Shown here in pieces: positions 22,786 to 31,980 of a DNA stretch of 64,000 nucleotides. A program made the position numbers and the translations under genes. The first letter of the stretch is position 1, and every line of letters starts with the position of its first letter. A model generated the notes under the pieces. It saw only the letters and a program-made list of their open reading frames with translations, did no database searches and had not been told where the DNA came from. This DNA comes from Candidatus Latescibacterota bacterium (GTDB lineage Bacteria > Latescibacterota > UBA2968 > UBA8231): NCBI GenBank assembly GCA_965206595.1, contig OZ242214.1, positions 5,632,001 through 5,696,000 on the forward strand, read 5' to 3'.

Positions 22786-23256
22786 ATGAAGCTGAGTGCA
22801 CAGGAAGAGTACGGACTGCGCTGCCTGCTGACTCTCGCGCGCAACCCGGCGGGCAGCCTGACGATACCCGAGATCGCCCAGGCCGAGGGAATCACCTCCC
22901 ACAGCGCCGCCAAGTACCTGCGCATCCTGCGCCAGGCCGGCATCATCGAGAGCGAGCGCGGCCAGCACGGAGGCTATTCCCTGGCCAGGGACGCCTCCCT
23001 GATCCCGGTCGCCGAGGTGCTGACCGCCCTCGGCGGGCGCCTCTACGACTCCGGCTTCTGCGACCACTTCACCGGCATGGAGGAGGCCTGCCAGCACTCC
23101 TCCGTCGACTGCTCGATCCGCGGCCTGTGGATGCGGGTGCAGCGCGCCGTCGACGGTGTGCTGAGCAGCACTACCCTGCACGATCTGCTCACCGCGGTCG
23201 AGGGCAGCGCCAGCGGCGGGGAGAAGGAGTTGCTGCAGGTCAGTCCGAGCGGATAG
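22786..23256 (+). CDS. Rrf2 family transcriptional regulator (three Cys, likely Fe-S sensing)
   Basis: MKLSAQEEYGLRCL, SERGQHGGYSLAR, CDHFTGMEEACQHSSVDC; AGGAG RBS. Confidence 0.92.
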   Translation: MKLSAQEEYGLRCLLTLARNPAGSLTIPEIAQAEGITSHSAAKYLRILRQAGIIESERGQHGGYSLARDASLIPVAEVLTALGGRLYDSGFCDHFTGMEEACQHSSVDCSIRGLWMRVQRAVDGVLSSTTLHDLLTAVEGSASGGEKELLQVSPSG

Positions 23257-23541
23257 CGTCAAGGATCAAGAGAGGATGCGATCCGCGTGAATTCTCAACT
23301 CAGGACGGACATGCTCCCCCAGCGTTCCCAGATGGACGGGTAACCCTTCTCTTCTCGCCACCTTGAGTGCGGGGACCAAGTCCGAGTCTCCGCCTCAAGA
23401 TGACAACAGTGGGTACGTGGCCAGGTCAAGGCCGATGCACATGTCGACCCCTTTAGCTGAATATTGGGAGCAAGATCCTCAGCTTCAATTTTGTTCCGGG
23501 AACCTTTGCTAACCAGCTAGGGACATTCGAATGTCCTGCCG

Positions 23542-23580
23542 AAACCGCCATCAGCTGTCTGGTTCCTATGGCGGTTTTTT
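23542..23580 (+). terminator. Hairpin followed by a T tract (possible intrinsic terminator)
   Basis: AAACCGCCAT-N16-ATGGCGGTTT followed by TTT; the long loop lowers confidence. Confidence 0.3.
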
Positions 23581-25733
23581 CCTCCTGCATTGAAACTGCG
23601 CACAGTCAGGCCGTTATCCTGGCCTCAGTCGGGTGGGCAGAATCCAATTTTACTATTGGCCAGTACATCCCTCGGTCTGCGTACCAGGCGGAGGAGCCGC
23701 CACCCTTCCCATTTCCTACCTGAGGGGCCACCGGCCCCCGCGCGACGTACACCCGTCCCGAAACCGCCCCGAGACCCCACAAATGGCGGGACCCCGACTG
23801 AAAGCAGATCACGACCCCATCGGGGACCTCAACTCTCGCGCACCGGGTTTGCGTTCGCTACTCATTGGCGCTGCGGGAGCCATCGTTATCGGCGCCGGCC
23901 TGTCGTACGGCAACATGGTGCTGAAGGGGTCCAACATTGCCTCTTACTACAACACCCCCGCCGCCCTCATACTCTTTTTCTTCCTGGTCCAAGTCGCCAA
24001 TTTCCTGGCAGGACTGGCGCGCCGGTTCCGGATGCTCAGCCGGTCCGAACTGGGTCTCATCTACATCATGTGGATCGTCGCTACCGCCCTTCCCGAATGG
24101 GGGTTGACTCCCTTTCTGGTGCCCCACCTGACCAGCGCCATTTACTGGGCAACTCCGGAGAATAACTGGAGCGAGATACTGCTGCCGCTCATCCCGGATT
24201 GGATCATCGTCCATCACGGCTTCTCCCAGATCAAGGATTTCTTCGAAGGCGCCCCGGAGGGACGGGGCGTTCCCTGGGAACTGTGGCTGCGCCCTCTGGC
24301 CTACTGGGTCCCCTTCCTCCTGGCACTCTGCCTGGCCATGGTCTCGATAATGGCCATGCTGCGAAAACAGTGGATCGAGCACGAACGGTTCATCTTCCCC
24401 CTTGTGCAGACGCCGCTGGCCATGGTTCAGGACGACGGTGGCCGGCAGTCCGTGATCCACCCATTCTTCCGGAACCGGCTGATGTGGGGGGGATTCGCCG
24501 TGCCGGCCATTTTCCACAGTTTCAACGGACTGCACCACTACTTCCCCTTCATTCCCCGGATCATGCCGGACAGCTTTTCGATTCCGCTGCCGTTTTTTGA
24601 AGGTGTGGGGATCGGGATTATTCTCAACTTTCAGATGCTCGGGTTCTGCTATTTCATCAGCAGGGAGATCGCCGCGGGTCTGTGCTTCTTCCACCTCATC
24701 AATCTCGTTCAGCAGGGGACGTTCAACCTTTTGGGGATCCAGCGCCTGGATTCCCTCTTCGGTGCCTACAGCTACTACACCAACTCCATTGTTTCCCTGC
24801 AGTGTTTCGGCGCGATTGTCGTCCTGGTGCTCTTCGGCCTGTGGACCGGCCGTGGCCATCTGATCCAGGTCTGGCGCAAGGCCGTCCGGGGAGATGTCAC
24901 GATCGACGACAGCGGTGAGATCATGTCCTACCGGGCGGCGCTCTTCACGCTGGCCGGCAGCCTCCTCTTCATGGGCCTGTGGATGGCGGAATCCGGCCTG
25001 CCGCAGTGGATTGCGCCGATCTACCTGCTCTTTGCTTTCGTCCTCTTCCTGGGCGTGACCCGGGTGGTGTGCGAAGGTGGACTGGCCTTCATCTTCGTGC
25101 CGATGACGGCCTCGGACTTCGTCACGGCCGGTTTTGGCACCCGGGCGTTGGGGTCTTCCGGAATCATTGCTCTTTCGTTCACGGCCATCTGGGCCAGCGA
25201 CATTCTGACCAGCGTGATGGCCTCCTGCGCCAACGGGCTCAAGGTGGTCGAGGAGACTATTACGAAGGGGCGGCGCCTGGTTTTCTGGGGCATCATGATC
25301 GCCGTCGTGGTGACGTTGTGCAGTTCGATCTGGGCGATACTGGACATAGCCTACCGCTACGGCGGCATCAACACCGATTCCTACTTCTACGGTCAGGGTT
25401 CCCGCTACACGTTTGAGGATGCCGCCAGGCGCCTGCAGGACCTGGAGGGGCCCCACTGGGAGAACTGGGGCTACACGGCGATCGGGGCCGCGGCCATGGG
25501 ATTGCTGATGGTCGCCCGCCAGCGCCTCCTGTGGTGGCCCTTCCACCCGCTGGGTTTTCCCATCAGCGCGGTATTCGGTGCGATGTTCTCCTCCGTCCTT
25601 CTTGCCTGGCTGGTAAAGACGGCGGTACTGAAGTACGGTGGGGTTATCACTCTACATGAAGACCCGGCCCTTTTTCATGGGCCTGATCCTGGGCCAGTTC
25701 GTCACGGCCGGCGTCTGGTACGTGGTCGACTTT

Positions 25734-26676
25734 GAACCTATCTCAAAATTGAGATTGTTTAAGTAAAATCAAAATGGATGCAAGTTGGACGAAGCCAAGA
25801 AAATTCTCCGGATACAATTCCCAGCGAGTGATCACTCGACGCTGCCATTGAAGCCAAGCAAAGAATCTCTCAACCATCCAACGCCGCACATAACGCCGCA
25901 ATCGCCGTCCGTCCTGAGTCTTTTTCTTGGTCCGATTCTGGCGATGCGGGGCGATCATCTCGATCCCGTCTTTCTTAAGCTCTTCATCCAACGAATCGCT
26001 GTCGTACGCTTTGTCACCGATCAAGTTGTCAGGTTGGTCTTCGATGAGGTAAAAGTCAAAGGTCAACTGAACCAGCGTCACTTCATGATGGTTCGCTGCA
26101 TGCGTGCTCACCGACAAGGGAAGCCCATTGCCGTCCACGATCCCCATGACCCGCACCCCCTTACCTCGCCTGGTGTGGCCGATATCGGCACCTCCACCCT
26201 TGGCCGCCGAGAACATGCCATCGATGAAAGCCTCCGATTCGTCCAGGCCCCCTTGCTCGTGAAGGGTCTGGGCCAGGTCCATGAGAACTTCGCGTACCAC
26301 CCCTTGACGACACCCGTTTTGAAAACGGCGATGCACGGTTTTGTAGTTCGGATAGCACGGCGGCAACATAGGCCATTGAGCCCCGGTGTTTAGAATCCAA
26401 AGAACGGCTTCAAAAACATCACGGGTGCAAACCGGTTTGCGACCCGGATGGCTCTTGGGACGAAGTTCTTCAGGAAAGTGATGGCGGATTCGTTGCCATT
26501 GCATGTCGGTCAGATTGACCATACACCAATGGTACATCACTGTCATTTCGAAAACAAGTTTAAGTTTGCCTATTTTGAGATAGGTTCCGAGTTCCATCGA
26601 ATTCGCGCTACCCTCTATCCTTGCCGATTATTCAGGAATTCTGCCTTTTGCAAAAGTCCAGTTTTGAGATAGGTTC
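25734..26676 (-). mobile_element. IS5-family insertion sequence with terminal IRs GAACCTATCTCAAAA, a third internal IR copy and a 2-bp TT target duplication
   Basis: IRs at 25734-25748, 26573-26587 and 26662-26676; flanks GACTTT|...|TTGTTACC; the host reading frame resumes after 26676. Confidence 0.9.
25743..26522 (-). CDS. IS5 family DDE transposase
   Basis: MVNLTDMQWQRI, AVLWILNTGAQW, YKTVHRRF, FIDG, IGDKAYDSD, RRWMVERFFAWL. Confidence 0.95.
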   Translation of the reverse strand: MVNLTDMQWQRIRHHFPEELRPKSHPGRKPVCTRDVFEAVLWILNTGAQWPMLPPCYPNYKTVHRRFQNGCRQGVVREVLMDLAQTLHEQGGLDESEAFIDGMFSAAKGGGADIGHTRRGKGVRVMGIVDGNGLPLSVSTHAANHHEVTLVQLTFDFYLIEDQPDNLIGDKAYDSDSLDEELKKDGIEMIAPHRQNRTKKKTQDGRRLRRYVRRWMVERFFAWLQWQRRVITRWELYPENFLGFVQLASILILLKQSQF

Positions 26677-26727
26677 TTGTTACCGGCACCAGCGGCAATG
26701 TCGTGATGAGTTGGTAGACATTCGCCG

Positions 26728-28629
26728 CTAATGCACGACCCCGCCCAGCACGTTATTCTGCGTGCCGGTGAAGTAGTCGATGACCACCCAGATTCCCCCC
26801 ACCGCGGCCGAGCCCAGAACCAGTCCAACAAAAAACGGCTTCAAGCGGTTGAAGAGGTTCACGCCCCCGTATCTGAGTACCATGGTTTTGCATAGCCAGG
26901 CGACGAAGACGCTGAAGAACATGGACCTGAAGCCGACGCTGATCGGATAGCCGAGCGGGTGGAACGGCAACCAGGCAAAACGACGCTGCACCATCATCAG
27001 CACCGTCATAACCGAGGCGCCAATGCCCTTGTGAATCCAGCCGTTCAGATTCGGCCCCTCGGGCATATGGATATTCTTCTCCATGAAAATGTACGGCAGC
27101 CAGGCGACATATCTGAAGTAGAACGGCTCCAGATTGATGCCTCCGTACTGGTAGCCCAGATAGATGTTCAGTGCAATGGAGACGGCCGGAGTCAGAATGA
27201 TCACCGCGACAATGCCCCAGAACAGCCGCCGCCGGTTGGCCGGCCCCACCTCGGTCATCAGCTTCAGCCCGTTGGCGCAGGCGCTCATGAACAGAATCAG
27301 CGTATCCACGTTCCAGGGGTAGCTCAACGCCAGCCCGGCCAGGCCGTGCCGCCCCAGGTTGGTAGCTCCGACCGCGGAGACCACGAAGTCCGGTCCACAC
27401 GTCGGCGGATAGATGGCGGCCACACCTCCCTGCGCCACCACCCGCGTAATGGTTATGAATACTACGAAGCCTCCGAACAACAACAGGGGCACGTACAGCA
27501 AGGGAATTCCCGACTGCCACAACCACGCCCCCATCACCGTGAAACTCAGCAAGGTGCCCAGAACGGCATTACGGTAGGAGATGATCTCGTCGGAATCATC
27601 CACTTCCGGATTCCCCTGCACGGCCTTGCTCCACACCGCTTTGAGATGACTCCGACCGACGTACAGGGTACCCAGAACCAGCACGATCATGGCGCCCATG
27701 GACTGGTGGATGATCATGGGGTCGGCGTACATGCTGTATTCGCCCATTGCCGTTTCCTGCGTCTGCCACCCGAAAACATGCTGGAACCCTTGTTGCACCT
27801 GATTCAGGAACCAGAAGAAACCGAAACCGGCCGCCACGTTCTGCGGGATGAAGTAGGAAAAACCGACAATCGACGGGCTGAAGTTAAAGCCGATCCCCTC
27901 CATGCCCCGGAACATGGGAATGTGACCCAGGGACATCTCGATTGTGGGGATGAACTCGAAGTAGTTGTGAAGTCCCTTTATGCAGCCCAGCACAAATGGC
28001 ACGGAAAAGCCCATCCACATCAGGCCGCTCCGGAACAGCGGCCTGATGATCGATCCGCTCCCGTTGTCGGCGATCATGGCCAGCGGCACTTGCACCATCG
28101 GGTATGACAGGCGCTCGTAATCCACCCACTGCCGCCGCACGATCACCATGATGCAGAACATGGCCAGAAACAGCGCGAAGGCGAATACCAGCCAGTGGAA
28201 CAGGGGCAGGAGCCAGGCTTCCCAGGGCACCTGGCCAGTGGCGTTGCCCTCGTAGAAGCCCCAGACGACATCGTGTCCCTGCGGAATGGGCCAGTCCGGC
28301 AGATAGGGCTGGACCACCTCCTTCCAGTTATTCTCCGGGGTGGCGTAGTAGTAGGCCCCGGTGATAACCGGCAGCACCATGGCCGAAAAAGCACGCCCGG
28401 TCAGGGTGTTGCCCAGCAGGATCAGAAAGTAGACCACCGCCAGCTCGCCCCGCCGCAGCGCCAGACGCGGATGGAGTTGCCGAAGGACCACATTGACGAC
28501 GGCCACCAGCAGGAAGAACAGGAAGAAGGCGGCCGGCGTCAGGTTCCAGTTGGCCATTCTGGAACCTTTGATGATCATGTCGTTGTAGGTCGAGCCAAAG
28601 CCGATGAAGACGGCCCCGCACACGCCCAC
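26728..28629 (-). CDS. DUF6785/DUF6784-type polytopic membrane protein (putative transporter); true start probably further upstream
   Basis: Many TM segments; YYATPENNW, RRQWVDYERLSYP, WLPFHPLGYP, LRYGG...LKPFFVGLVLG. In-frame RGCTLRALI precedes the GTG without a canonical start codon. Confidence 0.8.
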   Translation of the reverse strand: MGVCGAVFIGFGSTYNDMIIKGSRMANWNLTPAAFFLFFLLVAVVNVVLRQLHPRLALRRGELAVVYFLILLGNTLTGRAFSAMVLPVITGAYYYATPENNWKEVVQPYLPDWPIPQGHDVVWGFYEGNATGQVPWEAWLLPLFHWLVFAFALFLAMFCIMVIVRRQWVDYERLSYPMVQVPLAMIADNGSGSIIRPLFRSGLMWMGFSVPFVLGCIKGLHNYFEFIPTIEMSLGHIPMFRGMEGIGFNFSPSIVGFSYFIPQNVAAGFGFFWFLNQVQQGFQHVFGWQTQETAMGEYSMYADPMIIHQSMGAMIVLVLGTLYVGRSHLKAVWSKAVQGNPEVDDSDEIISYRNAVLGTLLSFTVMGAWLWQSGIPLLYVPLLLFGGFVVFITITRVVAQGGVAAIYPPTCGPDFVVSAVGATNLGRHGLAGLALSYPWNVDTLILFMSACANGLKLMTEVGPANRRRLFWGIVAVIILTPAVSIALNIYLGYQYGGINLEPFYFRYVAWLPYIFMEKNIHMPEGPNLNGWIHKGIGASVMTVLMMVQRRFAWLPFHPLGYPISVGFRSMFFSVFVAWLCKTMVLRYGGVNLFNRLKPFFVGLVLGSAAVGGIWVVIDYFTGTQNNVLGGVVH

Positions 28630-28778
28630 GATCAGAGCTCTAAGGGTGCATCCCCGGTCTCCGATGAAAATTGCTCCTTGTTGTACCCCGGGTCCGTTAC
28701 TTCTTGAAGTAAATCCTGCCGAACATCCAGGTGGCGTGGAATTCGCCCGAATAGGGAGGGCGAAGGCGGCGAGAAAGA

Positions 28779-28832
28779 TTGCCTTCGCTCGCCGTTCCCC
28801 CCTGGTACGACTCGCTCAGGCGCCTTGCGAGC
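28779..28832. repeat. Dispersed 54-bp intergenic REP-like repeat, copy 2
   Basis: 45/54 identical to 4193-4246; its 5' part can also pair with GGGCGAAGGC just upstream. Confidence 0.7.
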
Positions 28833-28851
28833 CGGGTGCCTCGGCGGCACA

Positions 28852-30483
28852 CTAGGGCATCACGGTGACGTCGATCTCGTCGATGACGATATCGCCGCCG
28901 GAGCCGTTCTCCGGCTCTGCCAGCCTTACGCCGAGTGTATTGTCCCCGTCGAGCATGTAGTCCGTGCTGAGGTCGAACACGAGGGTCGAGTAGGCTGGGA
29001 GCGGACGCCCGATGTTGGTAGAGCGGCCGTCTGCGTGCCACATTCGACGGACGCTCTCGTCAGGGATCGCCATCCCGTTCACGTCGAAAACCAGACGCTC
29101 TTCGGGCCGAAGGTTCCGGGCACGGACCGCCATGTAGGCGTGGCCGACTTCGTCCCACTGCTCGCACAGACGCAGCCGGTACTCCTGACGGACGCCCGGC
29201 GCCTCACGGCTCAAGACGATCTTGTCGTCCTTAATGGCGCCGGTCGAAGCCATGCCAGGCGCGCCGTGGTAGTCCACACCTCCGAACATCGACCGGAACA
29301 GGTATGTGCGGTGGCGTGCCTTGATGGCTTCGGGGTCCTTGAGCTCCTTGAGCAGGGCCAATTCCCCGGGGAAGCCGCCAATGAGGTTCCCCGTGTACTG
29401 CTCTTGGAAGTTGAAGCTCGAAACGCCGTCGGCCCCGGCTCCGTACATGTTGTTAGCGAGAGCGCGATAGTTGTCCGAGGCCATCGGACGCAGGTAGACC
29501 CGGGACTGAAACGCCATATGGTCCGTCGTGCCGCTTTCGCCGGTATCCGGCCGGAGCGCCCAGGGGACTGTGTCGCTCCGTGCGTCGGTTGCCGAGCAGA
29601 ACGGCAGGACTCCCGGAAGCAGGCGGCAGGCGGTCCCTTCCGTGAGCCTGGAAAACTCCTCCCATCGCGCGTTGTGGTTCGAGTACATGGTGTTGCCTGG
29701 GCTCGCGTAGTCGAGAATACCCGTTGTGATCCACTCCGGAAGGTCAAGGCCGCAATCGTGGCACTCGTCGACGGTCTCGGGAACACGAACGCCAAGAAGC
29801 AGTTCCCTGCCCTTCCTGCGCGCCTCATCGTCCAGCATGTCGCGGATGCGTTGCATCAGTTCGGTCATCAGGTGCTGTCGTTCACGAGAAATCGAGCGGG
29901 GGTAAGGGAAGTGATTGTCGCTGCGGAAGGTTATCTCGATGCCGTCCACGTCGAAACGGCGCGCGATCTCCTCAATCGCCCCGAAATGGAAGTCCCTCAC
30001 CTCGCGGAACGAGAAATCGAGCGTGTTGCCCGGCTTGCTAAGCGGCCCCGGCGGGAGGTCTCTCAAGATGAACTCCGGGTGATCGAATATCCACCGGGCG
30101 CCCTGTGTGGGCGCGCCGTGGTCGTCGCCGAACCGCGCCCCCGCGACGAACTTCATCCCGCGCTGGTGCGCTCGTTCACAGAACACCTCGATGGGATTAA
30201 TACCCCGGTCCAGCATGGGCATCCAGCGGCGATGCTGTGGCCGCTGATCGTACTCGTAAGTGTCGGAGTAGAAATGCAGCACCCACCCCTGTCCGAAGAC
30301 CTCCTGCCCAAGCGCGTCCGCCCCACTCAGAGCGAAGTGGTCGACGAGCTTGCGGATCTGCTCGGGAGTTGCCGGATCGCCAACGAACGGTTCCCGCGCG
30401 TGACTCGAAAGGTCGGCGACGAACAGCAGGCGGATGTCGCCCTCAGGCTTGATCGGTCTCGGTCCCGGCGGTGTCGAAGTCAT
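28852..30483 (-). CDS. Glycoside hydrolase-like TIM-barrel protein (GHL10/DUF187-like) with C-terminal beta-sandwich
   Basis: CERAHQRGMKF...RFGDDH, LDFSFREVRD, RFDVDGIEITF, MTELMQRIR, GLDLPEWI, GADGVSSFNF. Confidence 0.7.
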   Translation of the reverse strand: MTSTPPGPRPIKPEGDIRLLFVADLSSHAREPFVGDPATPEQIRKLVDHFALSGADALGQEVFGQGWVLHFYSDTYEYDQRPQHRRWMPMLDRGINPIEVFCERAHQRGMKFVAGARFGDDHGAPTQGARWIFDHPEFILRDLPPGPLSKPGNTLDFSFREVRDFHFGAIEEIARRFDVDGIEITFRSDNHFPYPRSISRERQHLMTELMQRIRDMLDDEARRKGRELLLGVRVPETVDECHDCGLDLPEWITTGILDYASPGNTMYSNHNARWEEFSRLTEGTACRLLPGVLPFCSATDARSDTVPWALRPDTGESGTTDHMAFQSRVYLRPMASDNYRALANNMYGAGADGVSSFNFQEQYTGNLIGGFPGELALLKELKDPEAIKARHRTYLFRSMFGGVDYHGAPGMASTGAIKDDKIVLSREAPGVRQEYRLRLCEQWDEVGHAYMAVRARNLRPEERLVFDVNGMAIPDESVRRMWHADGRSTNIGRPLPAYSTLVFDLSTDYMLDGDNTLGVRLAEPENGSGGDIVIDEIDVTVMP

Positions 30484-30543
30484 TGGTCGTCGTTCTCCTG
30501 AGGACGAGCCCCCCCGGTCCAAGGGCGCCGATCAGCAGCCTGC

Positions 30544-31464
30544 TTACTCATCGAAAAACGGGTATGGCTCCCCCGCCTCCTCAAGCCTCTGTAGCAAACT
30601 CGAGTACTTCAACACTTCCGTGAGCCGGCTGCGCCAATATGGGGAGTAAAAATCGACAAATTCCCGAAAGAACGTCCGGGCATGCTCGTTCACGCCATCG
30701 AAATATTGCGGCATCAAGAACCATGGCTGGTCGCAGCCGTAATCCAGTCCCCGCTGGCGGATCGAGAACTGGGCGGCGGCTCGTTTTTTCACCGAGATCA
30801 TCATCGTGCGTCTGAGTTTGTCCGTGTGATAGCGGCCGCGATGAATGCACAACTGGGTAAACATCGCCGCGTCACCGGGTTCCAGGTGGAGGCGAACGGC
30901 TCCCGGCATATCATTTGAGCGATTGTGAATCTCGCCGTCGGCGACACAGATTGCGTGCTCTTCGGGGGAATAGTCACGCAAGTGTGACCCCGGCACCAAT
31001 TCGAGATCGTCGGTAGGAACCAACGCAATCTGCATCTGCAATCCTGCGCCGGTTTCCCTGATCCGGGATACGTCCGCTTCTTCGCCGATTTTGTCCTTGT
31101 GCCAGAACCCGTCCTGACTCTCGAACGCCGGATTGAAGTAGAGGCTGGTCATGGCGAACAGGTACTCTTCCTCCAGTGCCGTGCTCAGTGGTTCGACAAC
31201 CTGGGGGGCTCCTATGGCATTGAGCAGAAAGGCGAGATCGTCGGGATGATCGCGGTGGTATTCCGGGTCGTTCAGGTGCCTCATATAATTCGCCCGGGGG
31301 CTGACAGGGGGATTGTCGGAGCGCGGCCCCCGCCGCCACTGTTCCAGCACTCGCTCACAGATCCCGCGCAGTCGCTCCGTTGTTGCGGCGTCGAATAATC
31401 CACGCACGACGGCATAACTGTACTCGCGTAGCTGCGCTGGTCCTGGTTCGATGCCCACTGTCAT
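30544..31464 (-). CDS. PhyH family dioxygenase
   Basis: SLYFNP, FWHKD, LELVPGSH, PGDAAMF...IHRGRY. Confidence 0.85.
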   Translation of the reverse strand: MTVGIEPGPAQLREYSYAVVRGLFDAATTERLRGICERVLEQWRRGPRSDNPPVSPRANYMRHLNDPEYHRDHPDDLAFLLNAIGAPQVVEPLSTALEEEYLFAMTSLYFNPAFESQDGFWHKDKIGEEADVSRIRETGAGLQMQIALVPTDDLELVPGSHLRDYSPEEHAICVADGEIHNRSNDMPGAVRLHLEPGDAAMFTQLCIHRGRYHTDKLRRTMMISVKKRAAAQFSIRQRGLDYGCDQPWFLMPQYFDGVNEHARTFFREFVDFYSPYWRSRLTEVLKYSSLLQRLEEAGEPYPFFDE

Positions 31465-31495
31465 TTTCGTCCTTTCGCGTTGTCGTTGAGAAAGC

Positions 31496-31926
31496 CCGAG
31501 GCCATGGGACGCAGGTAGATCCTGGACTGAAACGCCATATGGTCCGTCGTGCCGCTTTCCCCGGTACCTAGCTTGAGCGCCCTCAGTTCGGTCATCAAGT
31601 GCTGTCGTTAACGAGAAATTGAGCGGGGGTAAGGGAAGTGATTGTCGCTGCGGAAGGTTATCTCGATGCCGTCCACGTCGAAACGGCGCGCGATTTCCTC
31701 AATCGCCCCGAAATGGAAGTCCCTCACCTCGCGGAACGAGAAATCGAGCGTGTTGCCCGGCTTGCTCAACGGCCCCGGCGGGAGGTCTATCAGAATGAAC
31801 TCCGGGTGATCGAATATCCACCGGGCTCCCCTGTGTGGGCGCGCCGTGGTCGTCGCCGAACCGTGCCCTGCGATGAACTTTCCCGCGCTGGTGCGCCTGT
31901 TCACTGAATACCTCAATGGGATTAAT
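31496..31926 (-). pseudogene. Decayed partial duplicate of the 28852-30483 glycoside hydrolase-like gene
   Basis: 31496-31566 matches 29475-29545 and 31583-31926 matches 29856-30201 at high DNA identity; internal deletion, small indels and an in-frame stop. Confidence 0.9.
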
Positions 31927-31980
31927 GCCGCAATTGTTGGCTCGAACCTGGGGCCCACTTTGGTCGGTGAACCGGGAAAA

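Larger units (their letters stand above)
23783..26717 (+). pseudogene. DUF6785/DUF6784-type polytopic membrane protein; frameshifted near 25640 and interrupted by an IS5 element in its last codons
   Basis: Clear paralogue of 26728-28629 (YWATPENNW, WIEHERFIFPL, WWPFHPLGFPI). The corrected 3' end reads LYMKTRPFFMGLILGQFVTAGVWYVVDF|IS|VTGTSGNVVMSW-TAG(26715-26717). Confidence 0.8.

Noticed and set aside
29475-31926. Duplicate segments as a DGR template/variable repeat pair
   Set aside because: Differences are not adenine-specific and include indels; no reverse transcriptase nearby.
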